A stretch of DNA of 64,000 bases from Octopus vulgaris (lineage: Eukaryota): NCBI GenBank assembly GCA_951406725.2, contig OX597835.1:11346001-11410000 (forward strand), read 5' to 3'. Positions 50,870 through 64,000 of the stretch are shown one piece after another. The notes beneath the pieces were generated by a model. The model worked only from the letters and a program-made list of their open reading frames with translations. It was not told where the DNA came from and made no database searches. Positions within the stretch are counted from its first letter, which is position 1; every line of letters starts with the position of its first letter. Made by a program: the position numbers and the translations under genes.

Positions 50870-50942
50870 ACATCCCCCCCCCCACTAATACATATATATT
50901 TATATTTATGTATATATATATATATATATATTCCCCCCCACT

Positions 50943-50984
<42 letters not shown>

Positions 50985-51067
50985 CCCCACTAATACATAC
51001 ATATATATATATATATATATATTCCCCCACTAATACATACATATATATATATATATTCCCCCCACTA

Positions 51068-51111
<44 letters not shown>

Positions 51112-51129
51112 CCCCCACTAATACATACA

Positions 51130-51161
<32 letters not shown>

Positions 51162-51466
51162 CCCCCCCACTAATACATACATATTTATATATATATATTT
51201 TTTTTTTTTTTTTTTTTGTACTTGTTTCAGTCATTTGACTGCGGCCATGCTGGAGCACCGCCTTTAGAGTGGTGAAAGAGTCAGCAGGGATCACCACCTC
51301 CTGCCGGAGCCTCGTGGAGCTTTTAGGTGTTTTTCGCTCAATAAACACACACAACGCCCGGTCTGGGAATTGAAACCGCGATCCTCCGACCGCAAGTCCG
51401 CTGCCCTAACCACTAGGCCATTGCGCCTCCATATATATATATATATATATATATTCCCCCCCACTA

Positions 51467-51508
<42 letters not shown>

Positions 51509-51527
51509 CCCCCCACTAATACATACA

Positions 51528-51570
<43 letters not shown>
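50870..51570. repeat. (TA)n-CCCCCACTAATACATAC minisatellite interrupted by a chimeric SINE
   Basis: About nine ccccccactaatacatac motifs separated by (TA)n. Confidence 0.85.
51200..51431 (-). mobile_element. Chimeric SINE: family B head plus family A tail plus poly(A)
   Basis: Minus strand GGAGGCGCAATGGCCTAGTGG...CTCTTTCACCACT joined to CTAAAGGCGGTGCTCCAGCATGGCCGCAGTCAAATGACTGAAACAAGTAC(A)n. Confidence 0.82.
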
Positions 51571-51572
<2 letters not shown>

Positions 51573-52515
51573 TGTGATGGTCTATGAAAAGGCTTTAACA
51601 AATCGTAAAAATCCAGCTTTAATGCAAAGAGTAAAAAAAAAAAAGACAATACAGCCAAAAAAGTAAATAATAACAAAAAAATTTTTTTTTTTTAAACTCA
51701 ACAGAAAATTGCAAACTACTCCCTCAATATAAAGTATTTTTCTGGAAAAAAAGAAATTGGCAAAAGAAGAATTTTAAAAAATATATTTAAATGTAAATTG
51801 ATAAATGAATTTAATCCAAAATTTATTTTTTTCCTGGTTAGAAAGCATTACAGATTTTTTTTTTTTTTTTTTTTTTTACGTTCTTTCGAAATGCATTCTA
51901 AAATGATAACAATGACAATAGTGCTGCTGCTGCTGATGATGATGATGATGATTTGCATTGTAATGTATTGCAAAGAATTTCAGGTAAAATGCACAGGTAA
52001 AAGAAAAATAGGTAAATAAAAAATATTTGAAGAAATTTCCCCAATAATTGCACGTAAGAAACCAAGCCACCACCAAACCCTCCCCTCAATGTATATGGGT
52101 ATAAAGAAAGAAAGAAACATGAATTATGGTATCAGATTCTCCAAGTAGGCAAGATGACATCAATATCTTCTTTAATTGAAAAAGAATATATGCAATATAT
52201 AACATACACAGTAGAATTACACACACACACACACACACACATGTGGGTATAAAGATATATATGTACATGATTCTGTTTAAATACATCTATATATACACGT
52301 GTGTGTTTATATAAATTTAAATGTGTATGTATATATAATTGTATGTGTTTGTGTGTGTGTATATGTATACATATTTGTGTTTATATGTTTATACCTGTAT
52401 GTATATATTTATATATTTTGTGTCCTTATACATGTATGTATTTATGTGTATGTTATATGATTCACACACATATTCAACACATGTGCATATATGTATTATA
52501 TGTACAGATGTTATT

Positions 52516-52570
<55 letters not shown>

Positions 52571-52859
52571 ATATATGTATGAAGAAACCTGTTGATATGA
52601 ATATAAGTACATTACTATGTGTGCATACATGTGTGTGTGTATCTATGCAAATATATATATTGTTGAATATTAATAAATGCATACTTATGCATATTATAGT
52701 ATCACGCATGCACACATGCACAAAATTCATATGCGATTAATGAAGGAGCATTTGTATTTAGGAAGAGATGGCGTAGAAACTTCAGTGTCGCTTATACAGA
52801 GTGCAAACAAAGAATACACTTGGACACACACACATATATATGCACACATACACACACAC

Positions 52860-52905
<46 letters not shown>

Positions 52906-53857
52906 TTACACACTCACAGTTGTTACTAACACCAAGTGTAAACGATGAATGCACTGACATATATACATACATACGCATTATATATATATATCTATACACA
53001 CAATACATACACAATATATCCATACACACACATATTGTGTATGAATGTACATAGACACATACATATTCATATAGAATTAGTGCACATTTAAACACAAAAG
53101 AGGTGTCCTAGTATGTTAGAAGGAGCAGTCAAAATCCAAACCATGTTTAGGGGTAATTTCGAAGGAAATGAAAAAATAGAAACATTTACCATAATTTGTT
53201 ACCAGACAATGATTTCAAATTTTAATTAGCAAATAAAATAATTTGCTAGGCGAAGCTTTCATCAGCGGGTACGCCAAAGATTAACATATAATTATGAAGC
53301 AAAATAGCCCATGTCTCATCTTTATATATTATAATTTTTCACATCCACTGCACAAGCACAGTTTTAGACACGCATATATTGTGTATATAAAGAAGGTTCT
53401 GCTTTTGGTGTGTGCTCTGTGGCACATTGCCAGAATATCAGAATTCAAATATTGTAAATATGCCATAGTTTAGAGGAGAAACATACACAGAATTGATGGA
53501 GGGTTGAAACTACTTGGGAGATACATCAGTGTTTGTTCCTTGGGTAATCTAATTAATATTAAGGGCTCAATGACGGTTGAAGTAATTAGTATTAGAGGGG
53601 TTAATAAAGTTCACCTTGAAGCAAACCAAAGTAGCAAGTTGCAAGATTTAATATTCTAAGTCCTAGAAGTGTAATGACATGACAGTAAGACAGGAGTTAA
53701 AAGAATTAAAATTATCATTTGTTTGTAACAGTGTGAAAGGTTGTAAGAATTGACTTGATCTGTCAGAAAGAGCAGCTAAGTCACCTTTAAAGACTTTAAA
53801 AGTTATGTGAAAAGTTATAGTACCTACGTGTGTGTGTGTTTATATATATATATATAT

Positions 53858-54012
53858 AGGAGTGGCTGTGTGGTAAGTAGCTTGCTTACCAACCACATGG
53901 TTCCGGGTTCAGTCCCACTGTGTAGCACCTTGGGCAAGTGTCTTCTACTATGGCCCGGGACAACCAAAGCCTTGTGAGTGGATTTGGTATACGGAAACTG
54001 AAAGAAGCCCGT

Positions 54013-54049
<37 letters not shown>

Positions 54050-54178
54050 CAAAAGAGACTAATAAAATAAGTAGTAGGCTTCCAAAGAATAAACTCTGGG
54101 GTTGATTTGCTCGACTAAAGGTGGTGCTCCAGCGTGGCCACAGCCAAATGACTGAAACAAGTAAAAGAGAGCAAAAGA
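53858..54178 (+). mobile_element. SINE family A with internal deletion
   Basis: Head, (TA)n, then tail. Confidence 0.8.
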
Positions 54179-54200
54179 TATATATATGAATATGAATGTG

Positions 54201-54246
<46 letters not shown>

Positions 54247-54268
54247 TGTGTGTTTATATATATATATA

Positions 54269-54646
54269 CTAGCAGTATCGCCCGGCGTTGCTCAGGTTTG
54301 TAAGGGAAATAACTATAAAGCATTTTTAGAGAGTTATAGCCAAAAAATAGCCAAAAAATGGAAAAAAATGATGGTAAATTTTTTTGAGAGTAAAAAAGTT
54401 GGAGTTGCGTCCCCTAGACAGTTTGCGGTTTGTGTTTCTGATTCTCGACCCCATGTCGAATTTATCGATTTTTTCAGAACTGGGGAACTTTTCAAAATTT
54501 TCGCTGCGTTAGTTTTGAATTATGACATTGGGCTATGTGTGTGTCAAGTTTCATCAGAATCGGTTGAAAGCCGTGGTCAGGGTGAGGGTACAAGCAAACA
54601 GACACACAGAAACACGCACAGACAAACTGCCGTTTATATAGAGAGA
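54269..54646 (-). mobile_element. Non-autonomous Helitron sharing its 3' ~110 bp with 24506-24903
   Basis: Minus strand 5' TCTCTCTATATAAACGG ... AAACCTGAGCAACGCCGGGCGATACTG-CTAG 3', between A and T. Confidence 0.8.
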
Positions 54647-54653
54647 TATATAT

Positions 54654-55281
54654 ATATTGTTATATTTCGGAATGGTCATTTTGCCAGTTTAGCCAATAAA
54701 AACACACGCACTATATATTTGGTGTTATTTTGCTTCAGTGTTATTTGTTTTTTACATTAATCTTAATCTTATATTTTTTTTTTCGATTCAATTTATTATT
54801 ATTATTACTAGTATTGTTGTTATACATACATACATACATACAAACATATGTAATGATAATAATAAGTGGATGTAAACACATGAACAAAATAAGAATAAAC
54901 AAAAACAACAACAACAAAAACAAAATACAAATTACATGAACGTATATAAACAGAAGATACAAATATTAAAGGCATCGCCCCCCCACACACACACACACTA
55001 AATAAACATAGACGCACACAGAGATATAAGTATGCGCAAATGAAGACATACAATAGAAATACAAAATGGCTGACAGTTAGTAAGGAGAGACACAAATAAG
55101 AAAGAAGAAAACAAAGGACACTGATGTGGTCACAGGAGTGTGACAAAAGAACTCTGACCGAAATACGATTAAGATTAATGTAAAAAACAAATAACACTGA
55201 AGCAAAATAACACCAAATATATAGTGCGTGTGTTTTTATTGGCTAAACTGGCAAAATGACCATTCCGAAATATAACAATAT
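54654..55281. repeat. Perfect 115-bp inverted repeat (54654-54768 and 55167-55281) around a ~400-bp spacer
   Basis: The arms are exact reverse complements; the ORF track shows the peptide IVIFRNGHFASLANKNTRTIYLVLFCFSVICFLH on both strands. Confidence 0.9.
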
Positions 55282-55334
55282 CTGTTTCAACACACGACTT
55301 CACATAAAAAATCTTGCACAACAAATATTTAAAC

Positions 55335-55369
<35 letters not shown>

Positions 55370-55374
55370 TGTGT

Positions 55375-55411
<37 letters not shown>

Positions 55412-55954
55412 TGTGTGTTTATATATATATATATGCATGTGTGTTTATATATATATATATATATGCATGTGTGTATATTGTGTATGAATATTCACATTTA
55501 ATATATGTCATAAATCTTAGGTTTTGCAAATAAAAAATTATTACATTTTGTTTTATGGAGCAACTATAAACACACACACACGTGTATGTGAATACTTATA
55601 CATACACACATGTGTGTGTTTGTGTCTGTACACTAACATACATTTGTTGTGTTTATCCCCATACACTCATATACACACTGATCACTTTGTAGGTTTTATA
55701 ATTGAGTGTAGGATGAAATAAACTAAAAGAGCTGTTGAGGAAAATATGGCAAATTCTCTTTGCGTGTTTGTAGTGTGTGTGAGAGAGAGAGACAGTATAT
55801 GTGGGTATATTTTTGCTTGTTCATATGTATATGTGTATACATGTGTAGAAATGTATTTATGTGCACATATGTACTGCATGCATATATGTATATACATATG
55901 TATGTCTATGTATGAATGTATATAAATGCTCAAAAGGTATGTGATATCCTTTTG

Positions 55955-56532
<578 letters not shown>

Positions 56533-56582
56533 ATGTTCCAAGAATTTCTAAAACTTCTCAAACAAGAAGTGATTCTTGGGAC

Positions 56583-56616
<34 letters not shown>

Positions 56617-57329
56617 AACACTTAAACTTTGCTAAAATTCTTCATCAGAAACAAAATAAAAAAAAAAAACAAAACAAAGACTCCGCAGTCCTTAACAGCT
56701 TTTCTGGTTCCTTCATTTTATTTTATTCTCTTTTATTTTTCGTCTCTGTTTTCCTTCTTTCTTCACATCTTTATTTATCTCAAATCCATTGTCTTCATTT
56801 TGATGAATGAGTTTCTCTGAATATTATTTAAAAAGGAAAATGAAGTAGAATCTAAAGTTAGGGTATTTCTAAACTAAAATATTTTGATTCGACAAAGATT
56901 CTCCATTAATTTATTTCAATAAATATTTTATTTACGTTTCCCTTATGTTTTATTTTTGTTGGGGTTTTTTTTTTCTTGTTTCTTTTTATACACTATTTTA
57001 CATAAACACAAGTTAAACTTGATAAAAAACCATTCTAGAGAAAATAACCCAAGGTAGCAGCAGCAGCAGCAGCAGCAGCAGCATGGCAATGTATTGCCTC
57101 CTTTCATTCTCACTTCCACCCTTCCTCTTTCTAGAAAGATTTCTGCATTTTACACCCCACGCCACCCAAACACACTTTTACAAATATACACATATAGACA
57201 AATATATGTATAGATATGTACATCTACAAAAATATACATGTGTATATATACAAATATAAACCATCATCATCGTTTAACATCCGCTTTCCATGCATATAAC
57301 TATATATATATATAAACTATATATATATA

Positions 57330-57366
<37 letters not shown>

Positions 57367-58056
57367 ATATATATTAAAACATATATATATATATGAACTA
57401 TATATATATATAAATATATATATATAAACCATATATATATATATATGAACTATATATATATATGAACTATATATATATATAAACTATATATATATATAAA
57501 CTATATAAATAAATGTATATATTTATACAGACACATATAGATAGATTTATGTATAAATAATTGTTGCTATATAACTATTTGTATATGTATGGATAAACAT
57601 GTATGTTTGTGTATATATATATATATATATATATACATACACGTGTATATATACATAAGTGTGTGTGAGTGTATATATACATATACATATGTGTATGTTT
57701 ATATATTTATATATATATATATTTATGCATGTATATGCTTATGTGTTGCATTCATGCTGCGTGTGCATATGTAAAAATTAACAATTATATAGCTTTTGTT
57801 TATTTTTCCCGCGTGTTTAGTTCTCTTCGAGAGATTGCATTCAGAACAACAACAACAACAACAAAACAAAACAATAGAAAAAAAATATTAAGACCAAAAA
57901 AAAAGAAAAGAAAAAAGAAATGAAGAAATTAAAACCAAACAAATAACAAAACAATAACTGAAAGAAGCAAACCCGTTCTTGCAGGATATAAAGTCAAGGG
58001 TGGATCTTTGTTTCATTCTTTCGAGAACAATACCGATTTTATTGAATAAAAGAAAG

Positions 58057-58091
<35 letters not shown>

Positions 58092-58657
58092 CACGCACAC
58101 TTTCAAATATTAATGTTTTCCTAATATGATGTATCTGCAATGGAACTCAGCCTCATTCTCTTGTCTCGTAGACCTTTCATACACTTTATTAATCATTCTA
58201 TTAAGAAATATTAATGGGATTCTCACAGTTTTTTTTTTTTTAATTCCTTTCTCATAAAATTTTATATTTCATATTATTATCTTCATTGTTTGTGTTCATT
58301 TTTATAGATTTATTTTGTCTAAAATTAAAAACTCTAAGAATTCTCGAATTTTGTGTTTTTTTCGTATTTATTTATTATCCTTTTATTTTTAATTTCGTTT
58401 ATTTAGTTATTTATTTATGTACTTATTTATTTCCTAACTTTTTTATTTTTTTTGTTAATTTCTTCTTTAGAGTAGATCTTACCGTTTTCTATTTTTGTTT
58501 TCTGCAACAGGAATCTTGCTGATTTCCATCATTTCCATTCCTTGTACAAGTAAAATCTCTTTGTATTCGTTGAAGAATTATTTTTGATTGTCTTTCTTCT
58601 AGCATCAAACTTTGTTTTCTTATATTTTCCTTCTCCTCTCCACACTAAATCATGGTA

Positions 58658-58704
<47 letters not shown>

Positions 58705-59159
58705 TTATTCCTCTTCTCCAAACTAAACCTTTTTCTCATGCTCCTGATTTATTTTCCCTTATGTAATCAAGGTGTAATCTACTTTTACAATATGTAGCCA
58801 AGTATATGGTGGTCGTTTTTGGAATCGCTTGCTTCTGACAATGACTGAAGAAATACCTCAGAATAAATAACATTCCAAGAGATTTAGGGAGGCCACCAAT
58901 TTTGTTGGAAAGTGGGTAGCTGCCATATAATCATTGCCATTATGTGTCAAGTTTTACAGGTGCAAAAAAAAAAGAATTAACATCACCAGGTCACTGTGAC
59001 ACAGGTGTGTGTATGCATGCATGCATGTGCACATATATACATGAAAATATTCTCATTCCCTAAAGTATATACACATATGCATATATACATGCATATGCAC
59101 ATCTATGCATATATATATATATACCCATATATGTACTTATATGTATATGAACATATGTA

Positions 59160-59291
59160 TATTCTGTCGAAGAGCGTAGGCTCAAAATGTAAAAGACTTG
59201 TTCTATTTCTATTCCTGAGCGCCATACTAATACATTTGTTTGTTTGTACTCCACCTGCCTTCGTCTTTTGTTTATTTTCATAAACCTTCCC

Positions 59292-59293
<2 letters not shown>
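59160..59293 (+). mobile_element. Probable Penelope-like terminal fragment with a degenerate hammerhead
   Basis: CTGTCGA-A-GAGC(GTAG)GCTC-AAAAT-GTA at 59164-59191; ends in (TA)n. Confidence 0.45.
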
Positions 59294-59325
<32 letters not shown>

Positions 59326-59374
59326 TGTATATATAGATATGTACACATACATACACGCACACATATATTGATGC

Positions 59375-59708
59375 TGAGGCCCCCTTCAGTCATGAATGAC
59401 CATGGGATTGCACCTAGGAAGTTACCTTTCCAGGCACAAGTCCGGGCAAGGTTGTTTATGGAAGACCAGCAATCGCCCATGCATACCAGCCTCCCCTCTC
59501 CATGCTACCAGTGTTATCCAAGGGAAAGGCAAAGGGGTTGATACAGCTTGGCACCTGTGATGTCGCAACTCATTTCTACAGCTGAGTGAACTGGAGCAAT
59601 GTGAAATAAAGTGTTTTGCTCAAGAGTACAACACGCAGCCCGGTCCAGGATTTGTACTCACAACCTCGCGATCGTAAGCTCGACGCTGTAACCACTGAGC
59701 CATGCACC
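59375..59708 (-). mobile_element. SINE family V
   Basis: Minus strand ggctcagtggttacagcgtcgagc...cttgagcaaaacactttatttcac...; homologous to 15722-16495. Confidence 0.8.
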
Positions 59709-59769
59709 TTCACATATATGGATATATACACATATATGGATATATGTGTGTATATATATATATTTGTAC

Positions 59770-60006
59770 CAGAGCTGGTGGCAAACTGGCAGAATCGTTA
59801 GCACGCCGGGCAACATGCTTAGCAGTATTTCATCTGCCGCTATGTTCTGAGTTCAAATTCTGCCAAGGTCGACTTTGCCTTTCATCCTTTCAGGGTCGAT
59901 AAATAAAGTACCAGTTTCACACTGAGGGTCGATGTAATCGACTCAATCCCTTTGTCTGTCCTTGTTTGTCCCCTCTATGTTTAGCCCCTTGTGGACAGTA
60001 AAGAAA
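59770..60006 (+). mobile_element. SINE family M monomer
   Basis: Family match. Confidence 0.8.
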
Positions 60007-60563
60007 TGTATATCACTTTGTACCAGAATAGTAATACACTAACTTCTCTCTTACTATTGCTGATAACTCCACAAGACACCAACTAAAACTATAGACTCAA
60101 CTCTTTGACTCTCGACCCTCAATTGATGACCAGCTACTGGTTTATTTATAATGGCTGGTTCCTACTACTTTTTACCTGTAGGGGTATACAGTTTTGCTGT
60201 ACAACAAAAGAAAAAGGAGCAATGGAGAGAATGTTTGTGAATTGAGTGAGCTTTGAGAGAACAACAGGGCATGGTTTGGAGATAAGTTGTTTTTGGGGAA
60301 GAAACGATTATGTTAAGGGGCACCTGAATATGGTTACAAGTATAAGACATGCTGAGGTGACGCGAATGTAATAGAAGGGGTTAGGAGATTGGGATCGGGT
60401 GGGGGGTGGATAGCAGGTTTATGTGTATAGAGTGCTTCAGAGTGCTTAGGTGGAAAGTCAGCTGTGATGAAAGAGTGATTTCAAAAAGAACTGAATAAGT
60501 AGAAAATGAAAGAAAAGCGAAAGAAAGATGTGAGAAAATTCCAGAAGGAATATTGACATACAT

Positions 60564-60565
60564 GT

Positions 60566-60615
<50 letters not shown>

Positions 60616-60637
60616 TTGATGATGATGTTGATGATGT

Positions 60638-60684
<47 letters not shown>

Positions 60685-60685
60685 T

Positions 60686-60735
<50 letters not shown>
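60564..60735. repeat. (GAT)n trinucleotide microsatellite
   Basis: Direct reading. Confidence 0.97.
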
Positions 60736-60895
60736 TGGAATGTAATACAATATAGAAATCAATTGCATTTCTTCAAAATCACATGCATACCTGTGTATAC
60801 ATTCACTCGCATATACATACATACATACACACTCATCCAGGTACACATACACACACGTGTGTGTGTGTGTGTGTGTGTGTGTGGTCTAGTGGTCA

Positions 60896-62646
60896 AGAAG
60901 GCGGCTGGATGGCAGAAACGTTAACGCACCGGGTGAAATGCTTTGCGGTATTTCGTCTGCCGTTACGTTCTGAGTTCAAATTCCGCCGAGGTCGACTTTG
61001 CCTTTCATCCTTTGGGGGGGGTCGACTAAATAAGTACCAGTTATGCACTGGGGTCGATATAATCGACTTATTCCGTTTGTCTTTTCTGTGTTTAGCCCCT
61101 TGTGGGTAGTAAAGAAATAGGTATTTCGTCTGCCACTATGTTCTGAGTTCAAATTCCGCCGAGGTCGACTTTGCCTTTCATCCTTTGGAGGTAGATTAAA
61201 TAAGTACCTGTTACACACTGGGGTCGATATAATCGACTCACTCCGTTTGTCTGTCCTTGTTTGTCCTTTCTGTGTTTAGCCCCTTGTGGGTAATAAAGAA
61301 ATGGAAATAGGTATTTCGTCTGCCACTACGTTCTGAGTTCAAATTCCACCGAGGTCGACTTTGCCTTTCATCCTTTGGGGTCGACTAAATAAATACCAGT
61401 TATGCACTGGGTTCGATATAATCGACTTATTCCGTTTGTCTGTCCTTGTTTGTCCTTTCTGTGTTTAGCCTCTTGTGGGTAGTAAAGAAATAGAAATAGG
61501 TATTTCGTTTGCTGCTACGTTCTGAGTTCAAATTTCGCCAAGGTCGACTTTGCCTTTCATCCTTTGGGGGGGGGGGGGGTCGATTAAATAAGTACCAGTT
61601 ATGCACTGAGGTCGATATAATCGACTCACTCCGTTTGTCTGTCCTTGTTTGTCCTTTCTGTGTTTAGCCCCTTGTGGGTTGTAAAGAAATAGAAATAGGT
61701 ATTTCGTCTGCTGCTACGTTCTGAGTTCAAATTCCGCCGAGGTCGACTTTGCCTTTCATCCTTTGGAGGGTCGATTAAATAAGTACCAGTTATGCACTGG
61801 GGTCGATATAATCGTCTCACTCCGTTTGTCTGTCCTTGTTTGTCCTTTCTGTGTTTAGCCCCTTGTGGGTTGTAAAGAAATAGATACAGGTATTTCGTCT
61901 GCCGCTACGTTCTGAGTTCAAATTCCACCGAGGTCAACTTTGTCTTTCAGCCTTTGGGGGGTCGATTAAATAAGTACCAGTTCTGCACTGGTGTCGATAT
62001 AATCGACTCACTCCGTTTGTCTGTCCTTGTTTGTCTTTTCTGTGTTTAGCCCCTTGTGGGTAGTAAAGAAATAGAAATAGGTATTTCGTCTGCTGCTACG
62101 TTCTGAGTTTAAATTCCACCATGGTCGACTTTGCCTTTCATCCTTTTGGGGTTGATTAAATAAGTACCAGTTACGCACTGGAGTCGATATAATCGACTTA
62201 CTCCGTTTGTCTGTCCTTGTTTGTCCTTTCTGTGTTTAGCCACTTGTGGGTAGTAGAGAAATAGAAATAGGTATTTCGTCTGCCACTACGTTCTGAGTTC
62301 AAATTCCGCCAAGGTCGATTTTGCCTTTCATCCTTTGGGGGGTCAATTAAATAAGTACCAGTTACGCACTGGGGTCGATATAATCGACTCACTCCGTTTG
62401 TCTGTCCTTGTTTGTCCTTTCTGTGTTTAGCCCCTTTTGGGTAGTAAAGAAATAGAAATAGGTATTTCGTCTGCCACTACGTTCTGAGTTCAAATTCCGC
62501 CGAGGTCGACTTTGCCTTTCATCTTTTGAGGGGGGTCGATTAAATAAGTACCAGTTACGCACTGGTGTCGATATAATCGACTCACTCCGTTTGTCTGTCC
62601 TTGTTTGTCTTTTCTGTGTTTAGCCCCTTGTGGGTAGTAAAGAAAT
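60896..62646 (+). mobile_element. SINE family M nonamer (one head plus nine ~173-199-bp units) flanked by a 14-bp TSD
   Basis: Units start GTATTTCGT at ~60948, 61121, 61311, 61500, 61699, 61890, 62081, 62271 and 62462; TGGTCTAGTGGTCA at 60882-60895 and 62647-62660. Confidence 0.9.
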
Positions 62647-62950
62647 TGGTCTAGTGGTCAGGGTGTTGTACTCACAATGGCTAGATTGTGGTGTTTGGTT
62701 CCCAGACTGAGTGACACATTGTGTTCTTGAGCAAAACACTTCCTTCTACATTGCTCCTCTCCACTCAGCTTTAAATGGACAACTCTTTGGCAGACTAACC
62801 TTCCAATCGGGTGGGGGGGATGGTGACGGCGGATGTCAGCCTGTTTGCCAGTAGGTGGCATCATTCAGAAGATAAAACGATGCAGAGCACATTGTGACCA
62901 GTGATGTAGCAACAGCCAAGAATGTTGGTAGTGTTTTTGATCACTTGATT
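62647..62950 (+). mobile_element. Diverged V-type SINE with tail Y; its A-box is the target of the nonamer insertion
   Basis: tggtctagtggtcagggtg...gtgttcttgagcaaaacac...gcacattgtgaccagtgatgtagc. Confidence 0.65.
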
Positions 62951-62953
62951 GCA

Positions 62954-64000
<1,047 letters not shown>

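Overview
Eukaryotic, very AT-rich intronic DNA, saturated with microsatellites and retroelements. The repeat repertoire resembles coleoid cephalopod (Octopus-type) DNA; this is inferred from recalled repeat families, not from a search. The only host gene I can support is three + strand coding exons (28721-28954, 32859-32930, 34533-34606). They splice in frame into the end-of-SAC/hSac2 region of the phosphoinositide phosphatase INPP5F/SAC2; I could not find the flanking exons in the window. Almost all ORFs in the track are microsatellite or repeat artefacts. The rest is several tRNA-derived SINE families, two RTE-clade LINE families, mariner, piggyBac-like, Helitron and Helentron-like relics, a decayed Penelope-like RT, and local duplications. 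Most interesting: (1) a ~260-bp tandem array (31543-32690) of near-perfect ~75-bp-arm hairpins, each arm carrying a minimal hammerhead-ribozyme-like motif, with the sense-strand copy mutated at G5 exactly at an A.C mismatch, ending ~170 nt upstream of an exon; (2) an intact-looking minimal hammerhead at 44799-44844 plus degenerate relatives; (3) a SINE present as TSD-flanked monomer, dimer and 9-mer with an invariant head-to-tail junction; (4) modular end-swapping in SINEs and Helitrons.
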